From: an uncultured Bacteroidaceae bacterium
GTDB lineage: Bacteria; Bacteroidota; Bacteroidia; Bacteroidales; GCA-2748055
Assembly (NCBI GenBank): GCA_964539395.1
Contig: CAZIIU010000003.1
Coordinates: forward strand, 24,353 to 88,352
Length of the DNA: 64,000 nucleotides
Direction: 5' to 3'
Each line of letters begins with the position of its first letter. Position 1 is the stretch's first letter. This document shows, piece by piece, positions 18,763 to 31,656 of this stretch. Under the pieces are notes generated by a model. It did not search any database. It was not told where the DNA came from and saw nothing but the letters and a program-made list of their open reading frames with translations. The translations under genes were made by a program, and so were the position numbers.

Positions 18763-20037
18763 ATGGCAGCAGAAAAGATCATTAATCATTATGGCAAACT
18801 AAAGGTTCCGGATGAACCAATAATCCCTTTTATTGAAGGAGACGGTACAGGCCCGGATATCTGGGCTTCATCAGTCAGAGTTTTCGATGCAGCAGTTGAA
18901 AAAGCCTATGCAGGAAAGCGTCGTATTGCCTGGAAGGAGGTGTATGCCGGTGAAAAAGCGTTCAATAAATCGGGCAAATGGCTGCCCGGGGAGACCCTTG
19001 ATACAATCAACGAATATCTTGTTGCCATAAAAGGCCCGCTGACCACTCCAGTGGGCGGTGGAATCAGGTCCCTGAACGTTGCCCTTCGTCAGATACTCGA
19101 TCTCTATGTCTGCCTGCGCCCGGTAAAATACTATTCAGGAGTTCCCTCACCGGTTAAGAATCCTTCGACCACTGATATGGTCATTTTCAGGGAAAACTCT
19201 GAGGATATTTATGCCGGAATTGAATGGATGCACGGTACGCCTGAAGCAAGTAAAATACTAAAATTCCTGATAGACGAGATGAAGGTATCTTCGATTCGTT
19301 TTCCAGATACTGCTTCTGTGGGAATCAAACCAATATCGAAAGAGGGTACCGAGAGGCTTGTGAGGGCTGCGATCCAGTATGCCATCAGGGAAAACAAGCC
19401 TTCAGTAACACTTGTACACAAAGGAAACATCATGAAATATACTGAAGGCCAGTTCAAGCAGTGGGGATATGAGCTTGCCGAGCGTGACTTTGGAGAGAGG
19501 GTCTTTACATGGAATCAGTACGACAAAATTGCTGAAAAGTATGGTAAGGGAAAAGCCGACGAGGCCCAGTCGGATGCAATGAAAGAAGGACAGATTATCA
19601 TCAAAGATGTTATTGCCGATGCGTTCCTGCAACAGATACTTACCCGGCCGGCTGAGTATTCCGTGATCGCCACCATGAACCTGAATGGCGACTATATATC
19701 CGACGCATTGGCTGCTATCGTAGGAGGAATCGGGATCGCACCGGGTGCAAATATAAATTATATTACAGGACATGCTGTTTTCGAAGCAACCCACGGCACG
19801 GCACCCAAGTATGCTGGTCTCGATAAGGTAAATCCGGGCTCCGTCATTCTATCCGGTGTTATGATGCTGCAATACATGGGATGGAACGAAGCTGCAGACC
19901 TGATTGTCGATGGACTTCAGAAAACAATCCTTCAGAAGAAGGTAACCTACGACTTTGCCAGGCTGATGGAAGGGGCCCGGGAAATGAAATGCTCTGAATT
20001 TGGCTCAGCCATCATCGATAATATGGAAAACGAGTAA
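18763..20037 (+). CDS. icd: NADP-dependent isocitrate dehydrogenase (homodimeric type)
   Basis: The motifs [36 protein letters not shown] and [13 protein letters not shown] are present. Confidence 0.95.
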   Translation: MAAEKIINHYGKLKVPDEPIIPFIEGDGTGPDIWASSVRVFDAAVEKAYAGKRRIAWKEVYAGEKAFNKSGKWLPGETLDTINEYLVAIKGPLTTPVGGGIRSLNVALRQILDLYVCLRPVKYYSGVPSPVKNPSTTDMVIFRENSEDIYAGIEWMHGTPEASKILKFLIDEMKVSSIRFPDTASVGIKPISKEGTERLVRAAIQYAIRENKPSVTLVHKGNIMKYTEGQFKQWGYELAERDFGERVFTWNQYDKIAEKYGKGKADEAQSDAMKEGQIIIKDVIADAFLQQILTRPAEYSVIATMNLNGDYISDALAAIVGGIGIAPGANINYITGHAVFEATHGTAPKYAGLDKVNPGSVILSGVMMLQYMGWNEAADLIVDGLQKTILQKKVTYDFARLMEGAREMKCSEFGSAIIDNMENE

Positions 20038-20074
20038 TTGCATAACTATGTATGAACCTTAAAATCAATACACC

Positions 20075-20578
20075 ATGTTAAAAAGTAAAGTAGAAAAAAT
20101 CCTGAATGTTCAGGTACAGAAAGAGGATTACTCCTCCCAACTATATCTTTCAATGGCATCCTGGGCAGAAAACCAGGGCTACAGCGGCGTCTCCGACTGG
20201 CTCTACGCACAATCGGATGAAGAGAGGCTGCATATGCTGAAACTTGTCAGGTATATCAATGAACGTGATGGCACTGCAGAAATCCCCGGCATTGAACAAC
20301 CTCCCCGGGAATTTAAAAACCTGAAGGAAATGTTTGATGCCGTATTAGATCATGAGCGCTACATCACTGACTCTATTAACGAGATTGTTGCTGCGTGTAT
20401 GGAAGAAAAGGACTTTACAACGCTCAACTGGATACAGTGGTTTGTGGAGGAGCAAATCGAAGAAGAGGCATCAGTAAAGGATATCATCGACAAACTAAAC
20501 CTTGTAGGTGATAAAAACCTCTATATGTTCGATCGTGACATCATGTCAATGAGAGGCGGAGTGACAGAAACAGAGTAA
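20075..20578 (+). CDS. ftnA: Non-heme ferritin
   Basis: It shows ferritin-like diiron ligand spacing (E..YLSMA, EERLH, HE) and is 167 aa long. Confidence 0.88.
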   Translation: MLKSKVEKILNVQVQKEDYSSQLYLSMASWAENQGYSGVSDWLYAQSDEERLHMLKLVRYINERDGTAEIPGIEQPPREFKNLKEMFDAVLDHERYITDSINEIVAACMEEKDFTTLNWIQWFVEEQIEEEASVKDIIDKLNLVGDKNLYMFDRDIMSMRGGVTETE

Positions 20579-20600
20579 ACTGGGTTTATTTAAAGTGCAG

Positions 20601-20631
20601 GGCCACAGCGTTACAGCTGTGGCCTTTTTTT
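20601..20631 (+). terminator. Intrinsic terminator after the ferritin gene
   Basis: GGCCACAGC / GCTGTGGCC forms a 9-bp stem with a 6-nt loop, followed by 7 T. Confidence 0.8.
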
Positions 20632-20733
20632 ATTTCATTGTCTGCCAGTTATTCAGCATGGTTATTCTGGTATAATAATTGAACACACTCCCATATTAAT
20701 ATCCCGACGCCGGGGTTTAGAAAATAAAATAAG

Positions 20734-20741
20734 TAAATTTG
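20734..20741 (+). promoter_or_regulatory. Candidate -7 promoter box for secA
   Basis: TAAATTTG matches TAnnTTTG. It lies 35 nt upstream of the secA ATG. Confidence 0.35.
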
Positions 20742-20775
20742 TACTTTCAAACAGAGCATATATACGCATTTCAAT

Positions 20776-23700
20776 ATGGATATCAATAATTTTTTATCAA
20801 AATTCTTTGGAAACAAGGCCGACAGGGATATGAAAGAGATTCTTCCCATCGTTGACCAGGTTCAGGAGGTATATCAATCATTCAGCACCCTTACGAACGA
20901 TGAACTCAGACAAAAAACTACAATTCTAAAACAGAAAATCAGGGATTACGTTCAGGAGGAGGAAGATCAGCTTGCTGAACTTAAAATCATGGGGGAGGAC
21001 CCGAATGTTGATGTTAACAAGAAGGAGGATATTTACAACCAGATCGACAAACTGGTTGAAACCATTGATAGTAAATTTGAAGATGTGTTGCGTGAATCTA
21101 TACCCGAGGCCTTTTCCATCGTTAGGGAGACTGCCCGGAGATTCAAAGAAAACGAGGAGATTGAGGTAACAGCGCTCGATTATGATAAGGACCTTGCCTC
21201 TTCCTCAGATTTCATTACCATTAAAGGCGATAAGGCATACTGGAAAAACAGGTGGATGGCCGGAGGGAATGAGATTACTTGGGATATGGTGCATTATGAT
21301 GTTCAACTGATCGGCGGAGTTGCACTTCATGAGGGAAGGATAGCAGAGATGGCGACAGGGGAGGGCAAGACACTGGTAGCCACGCTTCCGGTCTTTTTAA
21401 ATGCCCTTACCGGAAAAGGGGTGCATCTTGTGACGGTGAACGACTACCTGGCAAAACGTGACTCGGAATGGATGGGTCCTATCTACCAGTTTCACGGTCT
21501 GTCAGTCGACTGTATCGACAAGCATCAACCCAACTCCGATGCAAGGAGAAAAGCTTACAGCGCTGATATTACTTTCGGTACCAACAATGAGTTCGGATTC
21601 GACTACCTGCGCGACAATATGACGCATTCACCCGGTGAACTGGTTCAGCGAAGGCATAATTATGCGATCGTTGACGAAGTCGACTCCGTACTTATCGACG
21701 ATGCCCGTACCCCGCTGATTATATCCGGACCTGTTCCTAAAGGGGATAACCAGGAATTCATGGAGTACAAACCAAAGGTCGAAAGACTGATGCAGGCACA
21801 GCGCAACCTGTTTAATACGATTATCACGGATGCCAGGAAATTCCTGAAAGAGGGAGATACAGAAAAGGCAGGTTTTAAACTGCTCCAGGCACAGAAAGGT
21901 CTTCCCAAAAATAAATCTCTGATCAAGCTTCTGAGTGAAGAGAATAATAAGTCCTTGATGCTCAAGACCGAGAATCACTACATGCAGGAGAACTCCAAAA
22001 ATATGCATCTCGTTACGGACGACCTCTATTTCATTATTGATGAAAAGATGAATTCCGTGGAACTTACAGACAATGGAATCGATCTGCTTACAGGAAGCTC
22101 GGATGACCCCGATTTCTTTATCATGCCGGATATTGGCAGTGAGATCGCAGAGATTGAGAAGTCGGACATGGAGGAGAAGAAAAAGCTTGAGACAAAAGAC
22201 CGTATGTTGCGTGATTATGCAGTGAAATCTGAGAGAATTCACACGGTAAACCAACTCCTGAAGGCCTATGCCATGTTCGAGAAGGACATCGAGTACGTTG
22301 TAATTGAGAACAAGGTGAAGATCGTGGATGAGCAGACTGGCCGGATTATGGAGGGAAGACGCTACTCAGACGGACTGCACCAGGCTATCGAGGCTAAGGA
22401 GAACGTAAAGGTAGAGGCCGCTACCCAAACCTGGGCAACGATCACCCTGCAGAACTACTTCAGAATGTACCACAAGCTCGCCGGAATGACAGGAACCGCA
22501 GAGACAGAGGCAGGTGAATTGTGGGATATCTATAAGCTCGATGTGATGGTGATCCCCACAAACAGGCCGATCGTACGCGACGACAGGGAAGACCTCATCT
22601 ATAAAACAAAACGCGAGAAATACAACGCTGTGATTGATGAAGTGGAAAACCTGATAAAAAACGGTCGACCCAGCCTGGTAGGAACTACTTCAGTTGAAGT
22701 ATCGGAACTGCTGTCCAGGATGTTAAAGATGAAAAAGATTCCTCATAATGTATTGAATGCCAAACTACACCAGCGTGAGGCCGAGATTGTTGCCCAGGCC
22801 GGAAAGGCGGGTACGGTTACTATCGCTACCAATATGGCAGGTCGAGGTACTGACATTAAGCTAACACCCGGGGTTCGAGAAGCCGGAGGACTTGCGATCA
22901 TAGGTACGGAACGACATGAATCACGACGTGTTGACCGGCAGCTGCGTGGACGTGCAGGCAGACAGGGCGATCCGGGAAGTTCCCAGTTCTACGTGAGCCT
23001 CGAGGATGACCTGATGCGACTGTTTAGTTCGGACAGGATCGCGGGTCTGATGGGCAGGCTCGGATTAAAGGAAGGCGAAGTGATACAGCACAGTATGATC
23101 ACGAAATCCATTGAGCGTGCACAGAAAAAGGTGGAAGAAAATAATTTTGGCATCAGGAAAAACCTGCTGGAGTATGATGATGTGATGAATTCACAGCGCG
23201 AAGTTATTTATACCCGAAGAAAACATGCCCTCTTCGGGGAGCGATTGGGACTCGATATAGCCAATATGATTTACGATGTGACAGAGAATATCGTGAATAT
23301 GTATCACGGTTCAGATGAATTTGAGGCATTCAAGCTTGAGCTGATAAGGATATTCTCTATTGAATCGCCTGTAAATCTGGAAGAATTTAAGAAGATCGAC
23401 GCCGGCGACCTTGTTGATAAGATCTATACACTGATGCTTGAAACCATGAAGCGGAAGCGGGAGACCATCTCTTTACAGGCCATGCCGGTGATCAGGGATG
23501 TCTACGAGAAGCAATCGAAGGTCTATGAAAATATAGTAGTGCCTGTTTCCGACGGAATGCGGGTCTTTCAGGTGTTGGTCAACCTCGAAAAAGCCTATAG
23601 CTCTGATGGTGCTGAACTCGTTAAGTCATACGAGAAATCGATTGTCCTTGCTACCATCGATCAGTCATGGCAGGAGCACCTGCGCGAGCTCGATCAGCTC

Positions 23701-24078
23701 CGCCAGTCTGTTAGAAATGCAGCATACGAACAAAAGGATCCTTTGCTGATATATAAGTTCGAGGCATTTGAACTTTTTACTCAAATGATCGACAAGGTGA
23801 ACAGGGATGTCGTTTCAACGCTGATGAAAGCGCATATTCCCGTACGGGATCCAAATGCGGTGAAGAAGGCTGAGTTGCCGAAAAAGATGGATCTTAGCAA
23901 ATTTGCAGCGAATAAGCGGGAAACGCCAGAATATAATGATCCATCGGCGGCTGGTGATCCGAACCGTCCAAAACGCGTTCAGCCGGTAAGGGTGGAGAAG
24001 AAGGTTGGACGAAATGATCCCTGTCCCTGCGGTAGTGGCAAGAAATATAAAGCCTGCCATGGTCGGCCCGGGCAGTAG
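20776..24078 (+). CDS. secA: Preprotein translocase ATPase SecA
   Basis: The protein is 1100 aa. It has [45 protein letters not shown], and a C-terminal zinc finger [14 protein letters not shown]. Confidence 0.97.
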   Translation: MDINNFLSKFFGNKADRDMKEILPIVDQVQEVYQSFSTLTNDELRQKTTILKQKIRDYVQEEEDQLAELKIMGEDPNVDVNKKEDIYNQIDKLVETIDSKFEDVLRESIPEAFSIVRETARRFKENEEIEVTALDYDKDLASSSDFITIKGDKAYWKNRWMAGGNEITWDMVHYDVQLIGGVALHEGRIAEMATGEGKTLVATLPVFLNALTGKGVHLVTVNDYLAKRDSEWMGPIYQFHGLSVDCIDKHQPNSDARRKAYSADITFGTNNEFGFDYLRDNMTHSPGELVQRRHNYAIVDEVDSVLIDDARTPLIISGPVPKGDNQEFMEYKPKVERLMQAQRNLFNTIITDARKFLKEGDTEKAGFKLLQAQKGLPKNKSLIKLLSEENNKSLMLKTENHYMQENSKNMHLVTDDLYFIIDEKMNSVELTDNGIDLLTGSSDDPDFFIMPDIGSEIAEIEKSDMEEKKKLETKDRMLRDYAVKSERIHTVNQLLKAYAMFEKDIEYVVIENKVKIVDEQTGRIMEGRRYSDGLHQAIEAKENVKVEAATQTWATITLQNYFRMYHKLAGMTGTAETEAGELWDIYKLDVMVIPTNRPIVRDDREDLIYKTKREKYNAVIDEVENLIKNGRPSLVGTTSVEVSELLSRMLKMKKIPHNVLNAKLHQREAEIVAQAGKAGTVTIATNMAGRGTDIKLTPGVREAGGLAIIGTERHESRRVDRQLRGRAGRQGDPGSSQFYVSLEDDLMRLFSSDRIAGLMGRLGLKEGEVIQHSMITKSIERAQKKVEENNFGIRKNLLEYDDVMNSQREVIYTRRKHALFGERLGLDIANMIYDVTENIVNMYHGSDEFEAFKLELIRIFSIESPVNLEEFKKIDAGDLVDKIYTLMLETMKRKRETISLQAMPVIRDVYEKQSKVYENIVVPVSDGMRVFQVLVNLEKAYSSDGAELVKSYEKSIVLATIDQSWQEHLRELDQLRQSVRNAAYEQKDPLLIYKFEAFELFTQMIDKVNRDVVSTLMKAHIPVRDPNAVKKAELPKKMDLSKFAANKRETPEYNDPSAAGDPNRPKRVQPVRVEKKVGRNDPCPCGSGKKYKACHGRPGQ

Positions 24079-24173
24079 TCTGATTACTACCCGATCTGCA
24101 TACAGGTACTTACAGACATTGAGCTCCTGAGGTTCTATAAAATAAACTCAGCCCTGGTATGGCGATGCGGCAG

Positions 24174-25061
24174 TCAAATATTAGCCAGGGCTTTTTTAAT
24201 ATCCCTGGTCAAAGCATCTGTCGCCCCGATTAACGGCAATCTTACATTGGCTTCCCCGAATCCAAGCTGCTCCATAAGCGCTTTCACGCCGGTCGGATTG
24301 CCTTCCCGGAAAATCAGTTCAAACAGCGGTAACAATTTATAATGTTGCTCCCTTGCCTGACTGAATTTGCCGGACAATGCTAAACGCACCATATCTGAAA
24401 AGATTGCCGGTAAAGCATTCCCGATCACTGATATTACCCCTGCAGCACCCGCAGCAATCAAAGGAAGTGAAATTGCATCATCTCCTGAAACAACCTGGAA
24501 ACCATCTGGTTTCTCCAGTATAATTTTCATGATCTGGCCAAAGTCTCCCGATGCCTCTTTTATGGCAGCTACCTTATCGCCCAGATCATAGGCAATGTCC
24601 AGCGTTGTCTGTGCAGTCATGTTCAATCCTGTACGTCCCGGTACATTGTATAGAATTAACGGAATGTCTGATGAAGCGGCAATGGCTGAGAAATGCTCTT
24701 TTAATCCCTGCTGGGAGGGTTTATTATAATATGGTGCCACACTCAGATATGCAGCAATTCCATTGCTTCCAATGGTGCGGATCCATTCAATCACCTCGGC
24801 AGTATTATTTCCGCCGGCACCCAAGACCAAGGGTACCCTGCCGCTGTTGACAGCTTTTACCACCTCAATGATTTTTAATTTCTCCTCCTTGTTCAGCGTT
24901 GGGGTTTCAGCAGTTGTTCCCAGTACCACCAGGTATTCAATACCATTATCTATCAGCCGTTGGGTCAGGTTTTCCAATTGCTGAACATCCAATGATCCGT
25001 CATTTGCAAAAGGCGTGATCATAGCCACACCAGTGCCTGTAAAAGTTGCACTGTCTGTCAT
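24174..25061 (-). CDS. dapA: 4-hydroxy-tetrahydrodipicolinate synthase
   Basis: The motifs GTGVAMITPF, GTTAETPTL, YNVPGRTG and IKEASG (catalytic Lys) are present. Confidence 0.95.
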   Translation of the reverse strand: MTDSATFTGTGVAMITPFANDGSLDVQQLENLTQRLIDNGIEYLVVLGTTAETPTLNKEEKLKIIEVVKAVNSGRVPLVLGAGGNNTAEVIEWIRTIGSNGIAAYLSVAPYYNKPSQQGLKEHFSAIAASSDIPLILYNVPGRTGLNMTAQTTLDIAYDLGDKVAAIKEASGDFGQIMKIILEKPDGFQVVSGDDAISLPLIAAGAAGVISVIGNALPAIFSDMVRLALSGKFSQAREQHYKLLPLFELIFREGNPTGVKALMEQLGFGEANVRLPLIGATDALTRDIKKALANI

Positions 25062-25067
25062 AAAAAC

Positions 25068-25610
25068 TTACTTTGATGGATTTAACATATTAATATAATG
25101 CTTTACCTGTTCCAGAAAATAGCCGACTTCACAATCCTTGTTCGAAGGTTTGATCATCAAGTCAAGGTCGTTTTCCTCCTCAGTATAGCATCCGATTTTA
25201 AATCTTGCTTCTGAAAGGCGGGTCAGGAATTCGATGGTAACACTCTCCCTGAACCTCAGTACAAACAGCATGTCGGGATTCTTCCCAAAATAGCGGTCTG
25301 CTATTTCACCTTTCGGTGCTCCATACCAGTTTACATCCTTTCGTGTAAGAAACTCAATGTCCGGCCAGAGCAGCATTTCATGCGGAATTTCCTTCTCGGA
25401 AACATATCCCAATACAAAGGTGTTTATATCTTTTTGCTTCAAATATTTCACAAACTCCTTAACAGGAGGGAAACAACCAGGAAGCAATGTGTCAAAGATA
25501 ATAACGGCATCAGTTGCAGTACTAAAATTCTGAACAGATTTGTCCCTGTTGATTTTACTGAAGCGCCTCTGAAGCACCCAGTATCCGATTCTCTTTCCCA
25601 GCCGGGTCAT
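25068..25610 (-). CDS. Hypothetical protein (conserved-looking, unknown function)
   Basis: This 180-aa ORF is tightly packed upstream of dapA and has normal composition. I recognise no motif. Confidence 0.5.
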   Translation of the reverse strand: MTRLGKRIGYWVLQRRFSKINRDKSVQNFSTATDAVIIFDTLLPGCFPPVKEFVKYLKQKDINTFVLGYVSEKEIPHEMLLWPDIEFLTRKDVNWYGAPKGEIADRYFGKNPDMLFVLRFRESVTIEFLTRLSEARFKIGCYTEEENDLDLMIKPSNKDCEVGYFLEQVKHYINMLNPSK

Positions 25611-25818
25611 CTATAATTATCTACTGTTTATACTAATCTGCCCTTGCATCTGTTTACCAACTGTTCTCATGTACAAGGGTTTTAGCTGAACCTGCAATCA
25701 GTGTACTATTCCCCCGCAATGATGAATTCCTCTCCTGCCTTCAGCATCTCAGAACCCCTGTTCCAGGAGTTGGGTTATTCATCCTGAAAAACAAAAGTAC
25801 AATTTTTGAAGCAGAAAT

Positions 25819-27843
<2,025 letters not shown>

Positions 27844-28146
27844 CTATATGCAGCCCGCACCCCGATTTACTGTAACAAAAGTCCTAACTGTCTGTCGGAA
27901 GCACTGTTTCATGTCAGCCGTTCTTTCATGTAAAATTAACAAAAAAACCCCGGCAGTACACTAAATAGAACCTTGCAATAATGATCTTTTTGCTAAATTT
28001 GACCTTTTTAGTAAAAGGGAATTGTTCCTGATTCTAAAAATCCCTTTAGCAAAACAAGCGGGTTATGCAACTGACGGTCTTCCGGAAAGGTCTGTATGAT
28101 TGTGACAGCACAGGGAAATTTAGAGAACTAAACTCAAACAAACCAG

Positions 28147-29826
28147 GTGAAAAATATTCTGTATGCAATAACTGTGGCGTTACTCCTCCTGCTGAAAGGA
28201 CCCGGCGTAAGTGCACAGGTTAGTTACGGGGGCAGGCCCCTTATGAATGCGTCTGATTTCAATGCAGAAAAGGTAATGTACCTTCTGCCACGTGAAGACC
28301 CGCTGCTGCTGGACGGACTCCGTAAATCGACCTATAACAATAATAAAAAGGTGTTGATTTTCGCCACCGAACGACCGGTGGATATTTCACCGGAATACAA
28401 TGGCGAGTGGGTCGTTAACGGGGGAACGCATATCTGGCGGGTGCATCTTATATCACCGGAAGCATACTCACTTGGGGTGCACTTCTCTGAGTTTGCACTT
28501 GAAAACGGGGCTAAATTGTTTGTATACGACCCCGGCGGACGACACATTAAAGGTGCATTCACTAAAGAAAACAACAAGGAATTTGGTCAATTCTATGTCG
28601 GACACCTGCCCGGCAACGAGATGATTATTGAACTGCAGACCAACGATCCCGGACGCTACTACGGTAACCTGCGGATCGGCATGCTTTCTCATGCTTTCCT
28701 GCCGGTTTACGCCGAGAAAAGCACTGATGATATCGGATTGGGCACATCACAGGACTGCGAGATCGATATTAATTGTTCGGAAGGGCAGGAGTGGCAGATA
28801 CTAAAACGGTCGGTGGTTCATATTGCTACAACAGCTCAGTTATGTACCGGGGTATTGGTTAATAATACTGCTTACGACGGTAAACCCTATATTCTTACAG
28901 CTGAACATTGTATCAATAATGATTTCTATGCCGAAAGAAGTGTCTTTTACTTCGGCTATGAGAACAGTGAATGCTTTTTAAATGACGGCAATAAAAACCA
29001 GTCGGTGAGCGGCTCATCGCTGATATCCACCGGCGATTCGATCGATTTTACCCTGGTACGGCTTACAAGGATCCCCCCGGGGGAATTTAATGTTTATTAT
29101 GCCGGTTGGGATGTACGCAAACAGGGACATCTGAGCTCAGTGACACTACACCATCCCAATGCCGACGCCATGAAGATATCGTTCGATCATGACCCAACCG
29201 TTGAAGCAGTAGCTGTACCGGGCGACCTGAGAGATTACATTGTGGAATCGAACTACAGGATCGCAAAATGGGACATAGGTTCAACGGAAGGGGGCTCATC
29301 GGGTTGTCCGCTGTTTAATTCATCCAAAAAGCTAATCGGGGTGTTGTCAGGCGGACTCGCATTCTGCGGCGATTCAATCGGTTATAATGCCGAGACCGGA
29401 AGGGTGTTGTTTTCACTTAACGGGAACGAGAATGACTTTTTTTCAAAGATGCATTTCGCATGGGACTACTATTCAACTGCCAGTAAGCAGTTGAAGTACT
29501 GGCTCGATCCGGTTAATGCCGGACAGCAGGTGATCGGCGGACTTACCTCGAAGGAGGTAGGAGTGAAAGAGGAGCTTTCAGCCAGAGGTGAATTGCAGAT
29601 TTTTCCAAATCCTGCTTCCGGGTTTTTCACAATCGAATTGCCTGTATATAACGGTAAACAGATCAGTATCACCATGTACGACTTAACCGGCAGGAGGGTC
29701 TACGCGCGGAAGCATACATCTGCTTTCCCGGTAACAGTTGCAGCAGGTGAACTACCAACGGGCATATATCTGTTAAAGGTTGAAGCTGACGAAAAAAGTC
29801 TGTCGGGAAGGGTGGTGCTGGAGTGA
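28147..29826 (+). CDS. Secreted S1-family (lysyl-endopeptidase-like) serine protease with T9SS C-terminal sorting domain
   Basis: A signal peptide is present. The catalytic His lies in TAEHC and the catalytic Ser in GGSSGCPLF. The C-terminal ~80 aa (IFPNPASGFFTIEL...GIYLLKV) are typical of a Por/T9SS CTD. The start codon is GTG. Confidence 0.75.
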   Translation: MKNILYAITVALLLLLKGPGVSAQVSYGGRPLMNASDFNAEKVMYLLPREDPLLLDGLRKSTYNNNKKVLIFATERPVDISPEYNGEWVVNGGTHIWRVHLISPEAYSLGVHFSEFALENGAKLFVYDPGGRHIKGAFTKENNKEFGQFYVGHLPGNEMIIELQTNDPGRYYGNLRIGMLSHAFLPVYAEKSTDDIGLGTSQDCEIDINCSEGQEWQILKRSVVHIATTAQLCTGVLVNNTAYDGKPYILTAEHCINNDFYAERSVFYFGYENSECFLNDGNKNQSVSGSSLISTGDSIDFTLVRLTRIPPGEFNVYYAGWDVRKQGHLSSVTLHHPNADAMKISFDHDPTVEAVAVPGDLRDYIVESNYRIAKWDIGSTEGGSSGCPLFNSSKKLIGVLSGGLAFCGDSIGYNAETGRVLFSLNGNENDFFSKMHFAWDYYSTASKQLKYWLDPVNAGQQVIGGLTSKEVGVKEELSARGELQIFPNPASGFFTIELPVYNGKQISITMYDLTGRRVYARKHTSAFPVTVAAGELPTGIYLLKVEADEKSLSGRVVLE

Positions 29827-29827
29827 T

Positions 29828-29962
29828 GAAGTTTCTCTTTCAGGACATAATGAGGTGCACTGTCGCGATGCTGAAGTTACTTCTTCAGGACATAATGAGG
29901 TGCACTGTCGCGATGCTGAAGTTACTTCTTCAGGACATAATGAGTCTCGCTGCTTCGATGCT
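29828..29962. repeat. 45-bp tandem repeat, 3 copies
   Basis: The unit is GAAGTTACTTCTTCAGGACATAATGAGGTGCACTGTCGCGATGCT. Copies 1 and 2 differ only in the first 13 nt. Copy 3 diverges in its second half. The array starts 2 nt after the protease stop codon. Confidence 0.9.
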
Positions 29963-31157
29963 GAATTTTCGTTGTGTAAATTTCAAACCTCACATCTTGA
30001 ATCTGAAAACTATACTGATCTTTCTGCTGATAAGTTCGATGCTGTCAGCCTGCAAAAATCCGGCAGACAGGGAGCTCCATCACCGGTCCGCTGCCGTTAA
30101 AAATATCAACCAACCCTCCTATGCGAAGAAATTCACTGTTGAACACTTTGGCAACTACAATCTTGTAACGGTACACGCACCCTGGCAGAACGCGGACGAT
30201 CACTCCATACGCTACCTTACAGGCAGGGATATCAATATCCAGGGTATTCCCGACTCATTGTCGCACCTTACCTTTATCCAAACCCCGATCGAAAGTACCG
30301 TGATCATGTCAGCTACCTATATTACTTTTCTCGATACGCTTGGTTTATTGCAATCGGTGAAAGGGGTTTCTGACGGTTCAAACATCTTTCATCCGTTACT
30401 GCATCAAAAGTGTAAAGCGGGTGATGTCCGCGAGGTGGGATTCGATAACAATCTGAACTATGAGGTACTGGTAGATCTCCAGCCCGATGTAGTGTTTATG
30501 TTTGGAGTGCAGGCAGGAATCGTTCAAACAATTAAAAAACTGGAGGAGATAGGTATCACTGTTGTGATCTGTGCCGATTACCTTGAGCCGCATCCGTTGG
30601 GCAGAAGTGAGTGGATAAAATTTTTCGCGGCATTTTATGAGCTGGAGGAGCATGCCGACCTGATTTTTAGTGAGATTGCTGAGCAATACAACACAATAGC
30701 GGAAAATGCTACCGGTATCCTTGACGAGCCTTCCGTTATGCTTGGACTGCCATGGAAGGACGTATGGTACATCGCGGGTGGGAAATCGTTTGCTGCAAAG
30801 CTGATCAGCGATGCGGGAGGGCACTACATTTTTGAAAATGAAAACCATGCCGAAGCGAAACCGGTAAGCATCGAGAGAGTATTTCAGCGCGGGCTGGAGG
30901 CGGATATATGGATCAATCCCGGTGTGGCTGCCAACCGGCGTACCATCCTCGATCATGACCAGCGGTTTGAAAATCTGAAAGCGTTTAAGCAAAACAGGGT
31001 TTTTAACCACACGAAACGGATGTCGCCCGGGGGAGGAAACGACTACTGGGAATCGGGAGTGCTCCGGTCCGACAGGGTGCTGCAGGACCTTGCTGCGATT
31101 TGCAGCGATCCGAAAGTCGAAAACAGCGAGCTTTATTATTACGAAAGGATTCAATAA
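29958..31157 (+). CDS. ABC transporter periplasmic substrate-binding lipoprotein (BtuF/FhuD-like, cluster A-II)
   Basis: The lipobox LISSMLSAC follows the ATG at 29958. The ORF-track start at 29823 would translate the tandem repeat. The body resembles cobalamin/siderophore/heme binding proteins, and the gene is followed by FecCD permease and ATPase genes. Confidence 0.8.
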   Translation: MLNFRCVNFKPHILNLKTILIFLLISSMLSACKNPADRELHHRSAAVKNINQPSYAKKFTVEHFGNYNLVTVHAPWQNADDHSIRYLTGRDINIQGIPDSLSHLTFIQTPIESTVIMSATYITFLDTLGLLQSVKGVSDGSNIFHPLLHQKCKAGDVREVGFDNNLNYEVLVDLQPDVVFMFGVQAGIVQTIKKLEEIGITVVICADYLEPHPLGRSEWIKFFAAFYELEEHADLIFSEIAEQYNTIAENATGILDEPSVMLGLPWKDVWYIAGGKSFAAKLISDAGGHYIFENENHAEAKPVSIERVFQRGLEADIWINPGVAANRRTILDHDQRFENLKAFKQNRVFNHTKRMSPGGGNDYWESGVLRSDRVLQDLAAICSDPKVENSELYYYERIQ

Positions 31158-31356
31158 ATACTTCTTACATTCAGCAGTTTACGCACATTTGCTACTGTCG
31201 GTTTTTAGTTCAGTGGCATAAACCCCTGTGATTATAAAGCTCAATGGCTCTGTGCTGAAAAAGTGTCGCAATTCCTAAAATTAATACAGATCACTATCAA
31301 ATCCATATTTTTCTGCGATACTGTTAAAAATTGTATAAATTTGATCTGTAACTAAA

Positions 31357-31656
31357 TTGGATCGTATGGCCAGTATCAGGAACTTGAAAAAAAACATTAA
31401 TATATTGACGTATGACATGCTCACAAGGTGTTACAGCCTTAAAGAGAGCGATCCGAATATAACAGGTGACAAGTTTGAAGAGATTATCAGGAAAATTGTT
31501 TACCTGCGGAACGACCTGGTGCTGCGGACCAATCACCCGGAAGTTAATGCGGAAAGCAAGAGCCTGAAGTCTCACTACCGAAAGATAAAGGAGGAACTCT
31601 ACGAGCTTTGTGGGGTGATTGATGAATTACAGACCAAAAAAGATATTGACCGGTAA
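31357..31656 (+). CDS. Small helical hypothetical protein
   Basis: This ORF is 99 aa. MASIRNLKKNINILTYDMLTRCY resembles a small alpha-helical family that I recall as widespread in Bacteroidota. It overlaps the permease start by 38 nt. Confidence 0.45.
   Translation: MDRMASIRNLKKNINILTYDMLTRCYSLKESDPNITGDKFEEIIRKIVYLRNDLVLRTNHPEVNAESKSLKSHYRKIKEELYELCGVIDELQTKKDIDR

Noticed and set aside
24151-24197. GCCCTGG...CCAGGGC hairpin plus T6 as a secA terminator
   Set aside because: The loop would be 27 nt. The 3' arm and the T run lie inside the dapA coding sequence on the opposite strand, so the pairing may be coincidental.
29828-29962. Possible CRISPR array. The same question applies to the array at 55031-55124.
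   Set aside because: The units are directly abutting tandem copies (45 bp, or 18-26 bp at 55031-55124) with no unique spacers of 25-40 bp. No cas genes are present in the window.
30396-31154. Long antisense ORFs. These are 252 aa at 30396..31154, 190 aa at 36215..36787, 226 aa at 38981..39661, 203 aa at 41912..42523, 208 aa at 21628..22254, 193 aa at 31882..32463, 191 aa at 32816..33391, 189 aa at 48554..49123 and 185 aa at 34379..34936.
   Set aside because: Each lies fully inside a confidently identified gene on the opposite strand. The translations are Arg/Leu/Ser/Cys-rich with no recognisable motifs. They are typical shadow frames of GC-richer genes.
31158-31356. Cobalamin riboswitch in front of the FecCD permease or upstream of the binding protein (29827-29957)
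   Set aside because: I found no B12-box-like GCCACTG/AGYCMGG element or multi-stem GC-rich structure by eye. The upstream spacer is filled entirely by the 45-bp tandem repeat. A covariance-model scan is needed for certainty.
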